Below, one piece after another: positions 32,946 to 43,081 of a DNA stretch of 64,000 nucleotides. The notes under the pieces are model-generated. The model saw only the letters and a list, made by a program, of their open reading frames with translations. It had not been told where the DNA came from and ran no database searches. Origin of the DNA: an uncultured Candidatus Saccharibacteria bacterium (GTDB lineage Bacteria > Patescibacteriota > Minisyncoccia > 2-02-FULL-40-12 > GWA2-44-9); assembly GCA_964356795.1 (NCBI GenBank), contig CAYHIK010000005.1, positions 10,767 to 74,766 of the forward strand. The letters are read 5' to 3'. Made by a program: the position numbers and the translations under genes. The first letter of the stretch is position 1. Each line of letters opens with the position of its first letter.

Positions 32946-33000
32946 TCTTCGTCGAAAAAGCTGGCCCCGTGGCCAGTTTTTCTTTGCCTACTGCCCATGC

Positions 33001-33606
33001 CTACTGGGCGGGAGTTGGTGTTGCTTGTTTACATGCCGCATCTTCGCTCGCGAATAACGTGCGAGCAGCTTTCACTGCAGCTTGGTAGGCGTCGATAGCT
33101 AACTTTTTCGCTACCTTATAGGCGTCATTTGCGCTTTTCTGTGATGAGCGAAATGCTTCATCAGCGGATTTCTTTGTGGTGCGATATGCCTCGTGTGCCG
33201 CTGTTCGTGCTGCATCATCAATTGCTGCTTTGAGCGCTACGTCTCGGACCGTGCGTGCATTCTTGACTGCGGTGTTTCGTGTCGTGCGCGCATGTTCAAC
33301 AACGGTTGAGCGGGCGCTCTTTGCAGAGCGGTACGCCTTCTGAAGTACGTCTTTTGCGGCCTTTACCGTAGCTACGCGCTTCTCTATAGAAGACTTTGTG
33401 CACACGAGAAGCGCTTCACGGCGTATGTTCTTTTCGTCGCGATTTTCTTTCCGATCTTCTTTGCGCTCTTCACGTTCTTCTCTTTTCTCAAGCTGCGGAC
33501 GCGTGCCTCCTGAAGGGGATGGGCGAGGGCTTTCTGATGCGCCTGCGGGCAATGCGAGGGCAAGCATTACCGCTCCGAGGACTGTCGTTTTAAGGAGTGT
33601 ATTCAT
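33001..33606 (-). CDS. Secreted Ala/Lys-rich helical protein
   Basis: Signal peptide; quasi-repeats of about 11 residues; two Cys bracketing the helical region. Confidence 0.8.
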   Translation of the reverse strand: MNTLLKTTVLGAVMLALALPAGASESPRPSPSGGTRPQLEKREEREERKEDRKENRDEKNIRREALLVCTKSSIEKRVATVKAAKDVLQKAYRSAKSARSTVVEHARTTRNTAVKNARTVRDVALKAAIDDAARTAAHEAYRTTKKSADEAFRSSQKSANDAYKVAKKLAIDAYQAAVKAARTLFASEDAACKQATPTPAQ

Positions 33607-33706
33607 TGATTATTAATAGGGGAATCGTTTGTACAAGCAGTATGACGTGCATATGTGAACATTCTTTCACATCACGTCTCTGCATTAATGATATACTACA
33701 CGCAAC

Positions 33707-34261
33707 ATGGCGAAGCGTCACTATCAAATACAGGATTCACCTATCGAGCGGTTCCTATTTAATGATACGCGGACCGCGTGGTTCTGGCTCCTGGTGCGAT
33801 TGTATGCTGGTTGGGCATGGCTTGATGCTGGCTGGGGTAAGATAGGGAGCGACGTCTGGGTTGGAGCAAATGCCGGCAAGGCCTTGGGAGGTTTTGTGCA
33901 GGGGGCTCTCACAAAGACGGGTGGGTTGCATCCAGACGTCCAATCGTGGTATGCATGGTTCCTCTCACATGCCGTTGCGCCATACGCGGAGGTGTGGAGC
34001 TATGTCGTTGCGTGGGGAGAGGTTGCTGTCGGACTTGGCCTTATACTCGGCATATTCACGGGAATCGCGGCATTCTTTGGGGGGTTCATGAATATAAATT
34101 ATTTGTTCGCTGGAACGGTGAGCACGAACCCCATTCTTGGAATATGTGCACTTGGCCTCGTGCTTGCATGGAAAGTTGCTGGTACTATAGGTGGTGATCG
34201 GTGGATTCTTCCGATGCTGGGTACTCCATGGAGGCCTGGCACAGTATTGAAAAATATATAA
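33707..34261 (+). CDS. DoxX/DoxD-like membrane protein
   Basis: RLYAGWAWL.AG..K, WGE..VGL.LILG, GTVSTNP. Confidence 0.9.
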   Translation: MAKRHYQIQDSPIERFLFNDTRTAWFWLLVRLYAGWAWLDAGWGKIGSDVWVGANAGKALGGFVQGALTKTGGLHPDVQSWYAWFLSHAVAPYAEVWSYVVAWGEVAVGLGLILGIFTGIAAFFGGFMNINYLFAGTVSTNPILGICALGLVLAWKVAGTIGGDRWILPMLGTPWRPGTVLKNI

Positions 34262-34268
34262 CGTATCT

Positions 34269-34577
34269 ATGAGCGATTCTGAACTTGTTCAGCAGGCAGT
34301 AGAGGAGGTGCAAAATGGTCTTGCCGTGCTTTTTGATGTTCGCACGGAAGATGAGTGGGTTGCTGAGCACGCAGTCGGCGCGCAGCATTTCGACGTCGGG
34401 CGTCTTATGGAGGGAGAGCTCCCAAGTACTCCGAGAGATATTCGGACGTACACGTACTGCGCTTCAGGTGGGCGTGCATTTGAGGCGGCTGAGATATTAC
34501 GAAGTAATGGATGGACTACGGTCGATTCACTGGGCGGTCTTTCTGATTGGGTAGAGGCAGGAGGGGAGAAGGAGTAG
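34269..34577 (+). CDS. Rhodanese-domain protein
   Basis: DVRT.DEW...H..GA, YCASGGRA, LGGL.DW. Confidence 0.9.
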   Translation: MSDSELVQQAVEEVQNGLAVLFDVRTEDEWVAEHAVGAQHFDVGRLMEGELPSTPRDIRTYTYCASGGRAFEAAEILRSNGWTTVDSLGGLSDWVEAGGEKE

Positions 34578-34590
34578 AAATGCACACACT

Positions 34591-35067
34591 ATGAAAACCG
34601 TACTTACCATAATCGGGATTCTCATCCTTCTTATTATTGCCGAGCTTGCCGGCTACTCATTTGCATCAAAGCGGGGACTTCTTCCAGGCGCCTCAACGTC
34701 AACACCGAGCGCATCACCTACGCCAACAAGTAGTAATCCGCTCGACGACCTCATCATCTTGGACGCACCGCTTGAGGGCGCCAGCATAAGCTCGCCGCTC
34801 AAGATTACCGGCCGAGCTCGGGGGACGTGGTATTTCGAGGCGAGCTTTCCCGTTGTACTTACGGACTGGGATGGATTAATTATTGCGGAAACACATGCTG
34901 ATGCAAAAAGTGACTGGATGACGACCGATTGGGTCCCGTTTGAGGCGACTATTACATTTTCGAAGCCAGCATACGGTTCTCGTGGTTCGCTCATTCTAAA
35001 AAAGGATAATCCATCGGGGCTTCCCGAGCATGACGCGGCTCGTGAGATAACTATTTTCTTTAAGTAA
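34591..35067 (+). CDS. Gmad2 Ig-like domain protein
   Basis: SPL.ITG.ARG.WYFEASFP, DNPSGLP. Confidence 0.85.
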   Translation: MKTVLTIIGILILLIIAELAGYSFASKRGLLPGASTSTPSASPTPTSSNPLDDLIILDAPLEGASISSPLKITGRARGTWYFEASFPVVLTDWDGLIIAETHADAKSDWMTTDWVPFEATITFSKPAYGSRGSLILKKDNPSGLPEHDAAREITIFFK

Positions 35068-35084
35068 TACTTAATTAATTACCC

Positions 35085-35477
35085 ATGAGTACACTCCTCA
35101 TTATTAAGGTGTTTGCGATTATCGGGCTTCTCGACACGATGTATCTTATGTGGCACAAGTTTCGAGGAACAGATGTTGCGTGTATCGGGTTTCCAAAAGA
35201 GTGGTGCCGTCGTGTGCAGTATAGCCCACAATCTAAAACATTGGGGATTCCAAATTCGATTGCCGGATTTGTGATGTACGCGCTTATTCTTATGCTTGCG
35301 GTGACTCAGATTTCTGGCGCGCTTTGGTGGCCGCTCTTATTCCTTATTGCATTCGGCTTTGCATTCTCGCTGTACTTCATGTTTGTACAGATATTTGTAT
35401 TGCGCGCGTTGTGCACGTGGTGTGTCGTTTCATTTGTAAATTTCTCAGTGATGGCGTGGGTCGCTTTTCTCAGGTAA
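35085..35477 (+). CDS. Vitamin K epoxide reductase family protein
   Basis: C..C loop, V..S..S..LGIP, LCTWC. Confidence 0.9.
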   Translation: MSTLLIIKVFAIIGLLDTMYLMWHKFRGTDVACIGFPKEWCRRVQYSPQSKTLGIPNSIAGFVMYALILMLAVTQISGALWWPLLFLIAFGFAFSLYFMFVQIFVLRALCTWCVVSFVNFSVMAWVAFLR

Positions 35478-35536
35478 TGCTCACGCGGTGCACGTGATGG
35501 GTGCCGACCTATCAATTTTGTGATAGGAATGACGGT

Positions 35537-36106
35537 ATGCACATCGAGGCGATTGTGATACGAAAAATGCCCGTGCGCGAGCACGACCAGTGGGTCGTGC
35601 TATACACGCGCGAGGAGGGGAAAATTGGAGCTGTTGCTCGCGGCTCGCTCCGCGCGCATAGCAAGCAGTCTCCTGCATTGGATGAGGGGAATATGATTCA
35701 GTGTGAGTTGGTGTTTGGAAAATCAGCTCCTATTATCACGAGCGCGCATACCGTACGCTCGTGGAGCACAGCGAAGCGCTCGGGGGTGCGCTGGGCTGCA
35801 ATTTTATTTTTTCTCCAGGTGTTTGATACGGTGATATATGAGAGTCAATCTGATGAGAGGCTTTGGGCGTGCCTCCTTCAGACAATCCAGGATATTGACG
35901 TGAGCGCCGATGGCGATGCTGTTCGTGTGTTCCGGATGTGCCAGCTACGCATGCTGGATGTGCTGGGATACGGATCCGAGCTCGTAGGTGTCGCTTCGGA
36001 AAAAGTGGCTCGTTCAGATATTGATGATGCATTTGAGCAGATAGCGCAGCGGCGATTATCGTCGCTCGACCTATTTTATGGCATGGCCTCGAAGCATGTT
36101 TTGTGA
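35537..36106 (+). CDS. recO: DNA repair protein RecO
   Basis: EAIVIRK...REHD....YTREEGKI..VARG....SK. Confidence 0.85.
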   Translation: MHIEAIVIRKMPVREHDQWVVLYTREEGKIGAVARGSLRAHSKQSPALDEGNMIQCELVFGKSAPIITSAHTVRSWSTAKRSGVRWAAILFFLQVFDTVIYESQSDERLWACLLQTIQDIDVSADGDAVRVFRMCQLRMLDVLGYGSELVGVASEKVARSDIDDAFEQIAQRRLSSLDLFYGMASKHVL

Positions 36107-36120
36107 TATATTGCAGTATT

Positions 36121-37968
36121 ATGCCTGTTGATTTTGAGATTTCACCGATTATTCCGCCGACCTCCGCTTCGCAGGTCCCACAGCAATCTGCGCCTCCGAA
36201 TCCTCCAGAAAACCCGATGTTCCCACGGACGTCGGATGTCATGCCCATGAAACGATCCAATAATACCCTAAAGTGGCTTATCTTGATCGCTGCTGGCTTG
36301 TTTGTTTTTGCCGTTGGCTCTCTCTGGTGGGGAGGAAGTTCATTCTCGGATAAGGGTGTGACGCTTACGCTTGAAGCGTCGGAGCGGGCAACCTCTGGGG
36401 ATGAGATTACGTATGTCATCACGTATCGAAACGACACTCGCGTCGAGCTGACCGATTTAAGTTTCCGGATGTTTTATCCGACGGGCTCAATTGTAATTAT
36501 TGACGGAGAAGCGACCCGTTCTGAGAGCGAGGGCTTTATCGTGGACAAGCTCGGCCCTGGTGAGTCTGGCGCAAAGGAACTTAAGGTGTTTATGGTGGGG
36601 GATAAGGGCATGATTCGGACGGCCCGAGTGAATCTCATTTTCAAGGCGGGTGATCTTAGGTCGTCATTTGAGAAAGAGGCAACCGTCAACACAACGATTA
36701 CGGCATTGCCCGTGGTGCTGACACTCGTTGCTCCTCCTCAATCAGTTTCAGGCCAGACCATCGAATACATTCTTGATGTACGAAACGAATCGGGTGAGGA
36801 TATGTCTGATTTGAAAGTCATGCTTACGTATCCTGATGGATTTAGTGTTCAAAAGATGGATCCTGTGCCGGGGTCGGGAAATACAGTTTGGAATCTTGCC
36901 AAGTTGAACGCGGGCGACGCAACGCGCATTAAGGTGACGGGCGGGCTTTCGGGAAATGAGCGGGAGACAAAGACCGTCACGGCTGTGCTCCAACATAATT
37001 TAAATGGGCAATACGTCGACTACGTGAGTACCGAGGCGTTTACAATGATTTCGAGTCCGCTTCTCTCGGTGACGGTTTCCCCCGAGGATGGTAGGGACTA
37101 TGTGGCATTTCCAGGAGACACACTCCGGTACGTGCTGACATATAAGAACAATTCACGATTCACACTGCTTGGGCTGTTGCTGGGCGTGCGATTCGAGGGC
37201 GATATGTATGACACGGCAAAGCTTCGTGCTGATGACGGATTCTACGATGATGCAACGCGCACACTTGTCTATGATTCTGCGGGGATTCCAAATTTTTCAT
37301 CACTCTCCCCGGGCGCATCAGGGAAAATTTTCTTTTCGATTCCATTAAAATCGGGGCTGAGTGGCTCATCTCTCGGTGGCGCGAAGAGCTTCTTCGTGAA
37401 AGCGACGGCGCGACTGAGCACGCCAAATGTTCCGTCGGGCGTCGATGGGGCTGAGGTTTCTGCGCTGGATAGCGTCATCACAAAGATTGGCTCACAGCCA
37501 ACGCTCTCTCAATCTGTGCTCTATGATGACGGAGCGGGAACGGGCCCACTTCCTCCAAAGGTTGGCGCGGAGACGGTCTTTACCATTCGTTGGCAGCTCA
37601 CAAATCCTGGCAATGACGTTCGTGATAGTGTTGTAACCGCGACACTTCCGCCGGGCGTCACATTCAAAGACGCCGCATCCGCAACTCACGGAACACCGCC
37701 AGTCTATAATCGTACACGTAACACGATAACGTGGAGTGTTGGGCTTCTTCCATTTGGAACTGGCAACGGCACTCCTCGATACGAGGCGCGATTCCAAATT
37801 TCAATTAAGCCCGCATCAAATCAAGTCGGTTCAAGTGTGTCACTGGTGGGCGCGGCAACATTGCAGGGGACGGACTCATTCACGGGTCAGGCAATTCTTT
37901 CGAAGTTACGAGATTGGAGCACTGATAGTATTGAGGGCCATCCAGACGATGGGCGCGTTCAGCAGTAA
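36121..37968 (+). CDS. Membrane-anchored protein with repeated DUF11-like Ig domains
   Basis: One TM helix; repeated G..I.Y.I.Y.N motifs; GPLPPKVG.ET. Confidence 0.8.
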   Translation: MPVDFEISPIIPPTSASQVPQQSAPPNPPENPMFPRTSDVMPMKRSNNTLKWLILIAAGLFVFAVGSLWWGGSSFSDKGVTLTLEASERATSGDEITYVITYRNDTRVELTDLSFRMFYPTGSIVIIDGEATRSESEGFIVDKLGPGESGAKELKVFMVGDKGMIRTARVNLIFKAGDLRSSFEKEATVNTTITALPVVLTLVAPPQSVSGQTIEYILDVRNESGEDMSDLKVMLTYPDGFSVQKMDPVPGSGNTVWNLAKLNAGDATRIKVTGGLSGNERETKTVTAVLQHNLNGQYVDYVSTEAFTMISSPLLSVTVSPEDGRDYVAFPGDTLRYVLTYKNNSRFTLLGLLLGVRFEGDMYDTAKLRADDGFYDDATRTLVYDSAGIPNFSSLSPGASGKIFFSIPLKSGLSGSSLGGAKSFFVKATARLSTPNVPSGVDGAEVSALDSVITKIGSQPTLSQSVLYDDGAGTGPLPPKVGAETVFTIRWQLTNPGNDVRDSVVTATLPPGVTFKDAASATHGTPPVYNRTRNTITWSVGLLPFGTGNGTPRYEARFQISIKPASNQVGSSVSLVGAATLQGTDSFTGQAILSKLRDWSTDSIEGHPDDGRVQQ

Positions 37969-38009
37969 TATAAAAAAGAAAAAGAGGGAGCCACGGGGCT
38001 CCCTCGGTG

Positions 38010-39851
38010 TTACTTTATTTCAAGCTGATTCTCGAGGAGTCGCTGATATACAGAGCATCGGGCGGCGAGTTGCTCGTGCGTTCCGATATCAACCATGCGA
38101 CCCTCATCCATCACGAGGATGCGGTCAGCGCTGCGAATCGTGCTGAATCGATGGGCGATAATCAGTGTCGTTCGGTTTCGACTTACCTCTTCGAGTGCCT
38201 TTGAGATGAGCTGCTCGCTTTCGGAGTCGAGGCTATTGGTCGCCTCATCCAAGATGAGGATTGCCGGATTCTTGATGATCGCGCGTGCGATGCCTACGCG
38301 CTGACGCTGACCACCTGAGAGCTGAATGCCGCGCTCGCCAATGACGGTTTCGTAGCCGTGCTCAAGGCGGTGCATGAATTGGTCGATGCGACAGAGACGA
38401 CAAATACGATCAAGCTCATCATCGGTGATTTGGGACCGCGCATGATCATCGAGGCCGAAGATGATGTTGTAGCGAAGCGTGTTGTCGAAGAGTGTCACAT
38501 CTTGTTCTACAAGGCCGATGGCACCGCGCAGCTGTCCAATCGAGAGGCTTCGAATGTCGTAGCCGTCGATATCGATGTGGCCGCTGGTCACATCAGATGC
38601 TCGAAGTACGAGCTTGATGAGAGTTGATTTGCCTGCGCCTGATGGCCCCACAATGGCAACGCGTTCGCCGGGATGAATCGAAAACGAAACATCCGTTATC
38701 GATTCCTGCGTTTCGACGGGTCGCGATGGTGTTTCATCTTCTTCGTCCTCGTCACCGGCGTGTGGAGCGCCGCTTACGCGATCAGGGTACGCGAATGAGA
38801 CGTTTCGAAACTGTATCTTTCCTCGAATCGTTGGTGGCGCCACGGGCGTCGGAGCTTCGACGACATCGGGTTCGATTGCGAGCATGTCCCAGAATTTTTC
38901 GATACTGGACTGCATGGTGAGCACGCGACGCTGAATCGCGGTCAGGGACTCGATTCTGCCGATGGGGGAGAGCGACCACCAGATAAGGGTGACGAACTGC
39001 CCCATGGTGCATGCGTGTGTTGCGACTGCGTACCCAGCAGACACAACCACGGCGGCAGTAATGATGCCAATGACGACACCGTTTTTCAGCGCGGTTTGAA
39101 GCTGGTACACGAGCCAAATCTTCTTGGCGTATTCACCGAGGCTTGCGACGCTCGCATCGCATTCTGCGGCGATACGGCGCTCCTGCGCGTTGAACTGAAC
39201 AACGGGCAAGTTCCTGATGACCTCGTGTTGGAATCTGCTGTTTGCGTGCCATAGTTTTTCGTACCGCTTCAGCTTTGGCACGAATGGCGTGTTAATCATG
39301 ACCGTCGCAACGACATAGAGTGTGATTCCGCCGAGTACGACGAGTCCGATGCGCCAGTTGAGCCACAGAAGGCCGAGCACGAGGATGCTGCACTCCATGA
39401 TGATGGGCACGAGCTCGTAGACGGTGGTGTAGGCGAGCGTGTTGAGTGCATGCTGGCCCTTGTTGATAACGCTCTGCTTGAGTCCAGAGTTTTCTCCGAG
39501 GTGTTGTCCTGGGGAGAATGCGAGCAACCTCGCGAGCGTAGCGCCCTGGATATAGCGATCCATCTCATGATCAAGGTGCTTCACCTCAATCGCCTGACGA
39601 ATTGCCCAGAGGCCGTTTGATGCCATCGCGCTGAGCCAGACGATTCCCGCGATGAGGATAACCTCTTGCATCGTGTCGGGGAGTGACAGCTGACGCTGCT
39701 GAGCATCGATGAGCGTGTCGCTCGCCATACCGAAGAGCCAGGGGCGTGTCATCGAGATGATCTGTGTGACCATCATGATGAAGAACACCGCGAGCGCGGG
39801 GCGTCTGAACGTTTGATACGTCCGCACAATTCGTCCGAAGAACGCAATCAT
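38010..39851 (-). CDS. ABC exporter, fused permease/ATPase
   Basis: TM domain; GPSGAGKST, LSGGQRQR, LILDEAT. Confidence 0.95.
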   Translation of the reverse strand: MIAFFGRIVRTYQTFRRPALAVFFIMMVTQIISMTRPWLFGMASDTLIDAQQRQLSLPDTMQEVILIAGIVWLSAMASNGLWAIRQAIEVKHLDHEMDRYIQGATLARLLAFSPGQHLGENSGLKQSVINKGQHALNTLAYTTVYELVPIIMECSILVLGLLWLNWRIGLVVLGGITLYVVATVMINTPFVPKLKRYEKLWHANSRFQHEVIRNLPVVQFNAQERRIAAECDASVASLGEYAKKIWLVYQLQTALKNGVVIGIITAAVVVSAGYAVATHACTMGQFVTLIWWSLSPIGRIESLTAIQRRVLTMQSSIEKFWDMLAIEPDVVEAPTPVAPPTIRGKIQFRNVSFAYPDRVSGAPHAGDEDEEDETPSRPVETQESITDVSFSIHPGERVAIVGPSGAGKSTLIKLVLRASDVTSGHIDIDGYDIRSLSIGQLRGAIGLVEQDVTLFDNTLRYNIIFGLDDHARSQITDDELDRICRLCRIDQFMHRLEHGYETVIGERGIQLSGGQRQRVGIARAIIKNPAILILDEATNSLDSESEQLISKALEEVSRNRTTLIIAHRFSTIRSADRILVMDEGRMVDIGTHEQLAARCSVYQRLLENQLEIK

Positions 39852-39973
39852 GGGGCGATACCTCCTAGTATTGGAAATGAACGTGGAACATATTATAGCA
39901 CGAAATATTGATAATGTAAAAGACTCGTGTCACGCTGGATTCTGGGTAAAAAGTGAGCTATGATGCCGTAACT

Positions 39974-41296
39974 ATGGCGCACGAACAGGACATCATGGAT
40001 AAGGTTGTATCTCTCGCGAAGCGACGCGGTTTCGTGTATCCCGGCTCTGATATTTATGGGGGTCTCGCGAATAGCTGGGACTATGGTCCGCTTGGCGCAG
40101 AGCTTCGCAATAATATTAAGCGCGCATGGTGGCGACGACACGTGCAAAAGCGCGATGATGTCGTTGGTGTTGAAACAGCAATTGTCATGAATCCGCGTGT
40201 CTGGCAGGCGAGTGGGCACACGGGCGCTGGTTTTGCCGATCCACTCGTGGAATGCAAGAAGTGCCATGAACGATTTCGGGCCGACCAAATCGATGCAAGC
40301 GCGCCCTGTCCTAATTGCGAGGCAAAGGGTCAATTCACCGAGCCACGAGCGTTTAACATTCTCATGAAGACGTATCTTGGTGCGGTCGAGGGAGAAAAAT
40401 CGGAGGCGTATCTTCGCGGAGAGACTGCGCAGGGCATGTTTACCGATTTTAAGTTAATTGCCGATACGAATCGTGTGAGGGTTCCGTTTGGTGTCGCACA
40501 GATTGGAAAGGCGTTTAGAAATGAAATCACCCCGGGAAACTTTATTTTTCGCACGCGCGAGTTTGAACAGATGGAGATTGAGTATTTCATAAAGCCCCCA
40601 GCGGATGAAGCGCAGTGGCAGGAGGTGTTCGAGTCGTGGCGCGTAAATATGTACGCATGGATGGAAGAGGTCGGTATCGATACGTCTCTTGTGAGTGAGT
40701 ACGAGGTTCCCGAATCGGATCGGGCGCACTATTCGAAGCGCACGATAGATTTCATGTTTGCATTTCCTTTTGGCGTGAAAGAGCTCTATGGGCTTGCCTA
40801 TCGCACCGACTTCGACCTCAAGAATCACATGGAGCACAGCGGTCAGGATATGACCTACCTTGATCCCGAAACGAACGAGCGATACATTCCGCACTGTATC
40901 GAGCCGACCTGGGGCGTAGATCGTACGTTGCTCGCGATGTTGTTGTCTGCATATACGGAAGAGGGGGAGGGCGATGAGCGTCGAGTGGTGCTCAAGCTAA
41001 AGCCAGCTCTCGCGCCGTATCGTGCGGCCGTATTTCCACTCCTGAAGAATAAGCCCGAGCTCGTCGCAAAGGCGCGAACGATTCTTGGGGAGCTTCGTGA
41101 AGATTTTATGATTGCGTGGGATGAGCGTGGCAATATTGGAAAGCGATATCTTGCACAGGATGAAATCGGCACCCCCGCCTGCATTACGGTTGACTTCCAA
41201 ACCCTCGAAGACGATACGGTCACTATCCGTGATCGCGATACCAAGGAGCAGCGTCGCGTCGCAATTGGAGAGCTCGCATCGATTCTCCGTGGGTAA
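39974..41296 (+). CDS. glyQS: Glycyl-tRNA synthetase (alpha2 type)
   Basis: KRRGF, IYGG...WDYGPLG, YLRGETAQG, FRNEITP.NFIFRTREFEQME. Confidence 0.97.
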   Translation: MAHEQDIMDKVVSLAKRRGFVYPGSDIYGGLANSWDYGPLGAELRNNIKRAWWRRHVQKRDDVVGVETAIVMNPRVWQASGHTGAGFADPLVECKKCHERFRADQIDASAPCPNCEAKGQFTEPRAFNILMKTYLGAVEGEKSEAYLRGETAQGMFTDFKLIADTNRVRVPFGVAQIGKAFRNEITPGNFIFRTREFEQMEIEYFIKPPADEAQWQEVFESWRVNMYAWMEEVGIDTSLVSEYEVPESDRAHYSKRTIDFMFAFPFGVKELYGLAYRTDFDLKNHMEHSGQDMTYLDPETNERYIPHCIEPTWGVDRTLLAMLLSAYTEEGEGDERRVVLKLKPALAPYRAAVFPLLKNKPELVAKARTILGELREDFMIAWDERGNIGKRYLAQDEIGTPACITVDFQTLEDDTVTIRDRDTKEQRRVAIGELASILRG

Positions 41297-41366
41297 GCGC
41301 GTGTTCGTTTGACACGCTATCTCGATAAGTATAAAAATGCTTGTCCTTTAACATACTCAAGGAGGC

Positions 41367-42287
41367 GTGATGACTCTGAACGCGTTATCGCGACGGGGTA
41401 TGCTTTTCTCGTTGCCGGGCATTGCCCTTATGTGCGGGTCGTGCGATGGAGCGCCAACCCCTTCGATTACGGGCTCTGATTCGGTGCCTGATGCCGGTCC
41501 ACGAATTCTTTCGGGGTTAACCGGGCTACCCATCCTTCACGCGGATATCGTGCATGACGGTCAGTGGATGACGATTGGGGCTTCTGGCTACTTTTCGCTT
41601 CGCACGCAACGTGGCATGGGCGATGTGTATCTGTGGCCTGCAGACGATGGCTTCATTTCTTCTGCATACACGAGATTCTTCGTGTATCGAGGACTCGATC
41701 CGGGCACGCTGTATCGATTGCCATCGCGGGTGTGGCATGTTTCGGTTGTGCTCGATGATCACATCGCGGAGACTCCATGGGCGGTCCAGCGCGTCGAAGG
41801 CGCAACTCAATCGCTGACGCAGCTCCATGGCGTCCTATCGTTCGATATCAGTGGTCTTGGAGATGTTGTGATTCCCATCGTCCTCGACCCTCTTGATAGA
41901 GGATTTGAATTGCTTCCGCATGCCGCGATGCTTGCGTATACGATGACCAACGATCAGGGTGTTATTTTCGGGGGTCGAATCGTTGTGCGCTCGCTTGCTG
42001 TTGAATCGTTTTGGTATGGCGAGGAGAATTTCAAGACTGCAATTCTTCACGAACTCATACACATCACAGGGCTCGATCACCTTCAGTCGGGTGACCTCGG
42101 GATCATGTCTGGAAATTCTGAATCATATCGCTTCCCCGTGCCGACGGAGCGTGAGATTTTGGTGATGCGCATGCAGTATCGAAGGTCTGCGGGTACGGTG
42201 CTGAGTGGAATGATCGAGGCCGAGCGTGAGGTGGCCGCTACGTCTAGCCCTTCGAATGCAACGTGGCGTCTGGTGTGCGCTCGGTAG
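41367..42287 (+). CDS. Putative secreted metzincin-type zinc metalloprotease
   Basis: HELIHITGLDH plus Met-turn IMS; N-terminal SRR..L signal with Cys. Confidence 0.75.
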   Translation: MMTLNALSRRGMLFSLPGIALMCGSCDGAPTPSITGSDSVPDAGPRILSGLTGLPILHADIVHDGQWMTIGASGYFSLRTQRGMGDVYLWPADDGFISSAYTRFFVYRGLDPGTLYRLPSRVWHVSVVLDDHIAETPWAVQRVEGATQSLTQLHGVLSFDISGLGDVVIPIVLDPLDRGFELLPHAAMLAYTMTNDQGVIFGGRIVVRSLAVESFWYGEENFKTAILHELIHITGLDHLQSGDLGIMSGNSESYRFPVPTEREILVMRMQYRRSAGTVLSGMIEAEREVAATSSPSNATWRLVCAR

Positions 42288-42289
42288 TG

Positions 42290-42318
42290 GGTCGCGAGTA
42301 AGCCTCGCGACCTTTTTT
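42290..42318 (+). terminator. Intrinsic terminator
   Basis: GGTCGCGAG-taagc-CTCGCGACC-TTTTTT. Confidence 0.8.
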
Positions 42319-42339
42319 ATTTCGTGCTAGGATGCGCGC

Positions 42340-42822
42340 ATGAGGAACCCAAAGGTAGTACTTTGTAAAGCTGAGAACTATCTCGCGATGGTGCGCAATG
42401 CTGCCCGCGGAGAGAACCACATGTTTCAGAATCTCTTCGCAAACGTTGATGGCGTGCGCACGGATATCGTTGATGGCGGAGCTCTCGCGTGCTCATTCTT
42501 CCTTTCGGCCGTGCTCTACCTCAACAAGCTCATCGATGACATGCACTCCAACATGGCTGGTCTGGAGCGTGACCTCGAGCGGAATGGTTGGGTGCAAGTG
42601 GAGGAGCCCAAAGATGGAGCGGTCTTGATTTGGGAGCCGCGCCAATCTGCTAGGGAGCGCGCATTCGATCCTACCCAGCTTCACGCGGGTATCTACGTTG
42701 GCGATAATCGAGCCGTTTCCAATGGCTCAAATACGACACTGATGCCGGAAGAGCATCACTGGGCGTATGATGGCGCTCGCAAGGTGCTTCGCATCTGGTG
42801 GCACCCGGCGTTGGGGGAGTAA
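42340..42822 (+). CDS. NlpC/P60/CHAP-like papain-fold protein
   Basis: ACSFFLS Cys motif, P..G.VLIW, HAGIYVG His motif. Confidence 0.7.
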   Translation: MRNPKVVLCKAENYLAMVRNAARGENHMFQNLFANVDGVRTDIVDGGALACSFFLSAVLYLNKLIDDMHSNMAGLERDLERNGWVQVEEPKDGAVLIWEPRQSARERAFDPTQLHAGIYVGDNRAVSNGSNTTLMPEEHHWAYDGARKVLRIWWHPALGE

Positions 42823-42959
42823 GGACGGCTCATTCGTGAGCCGTTTTCTTTTTGATGGTGCGAATATCGGGGGTTGCAATGAAGTGGGTTCTGGGTTATT
42901 ATTCTTTTGCATTTTTGCCCGGTGACAGCGGGAAACTCTGTCAAAGTCCCGGGGATGAT

Positions 42960-43033
42960 GCGGGCGTAGCTCAGCTGGTTAGAGCGCTTCCCTGTCACGG
43001 AAGAGGTCACCGGTTCGAATCCGGCCGCCCGCG
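42960..43033 (+). tRNA. tRNA-Asp(GTC)
   Basis: CTTCC-CT-GTC-AC-GGAAG; GGTTCGAATCC. Confidence 0.95.
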
Positions 43034-43081
43034 CAATTAAGAAAAGAGCTCGAAAGGGCTCTTTTCTGGTATACTACCCTC

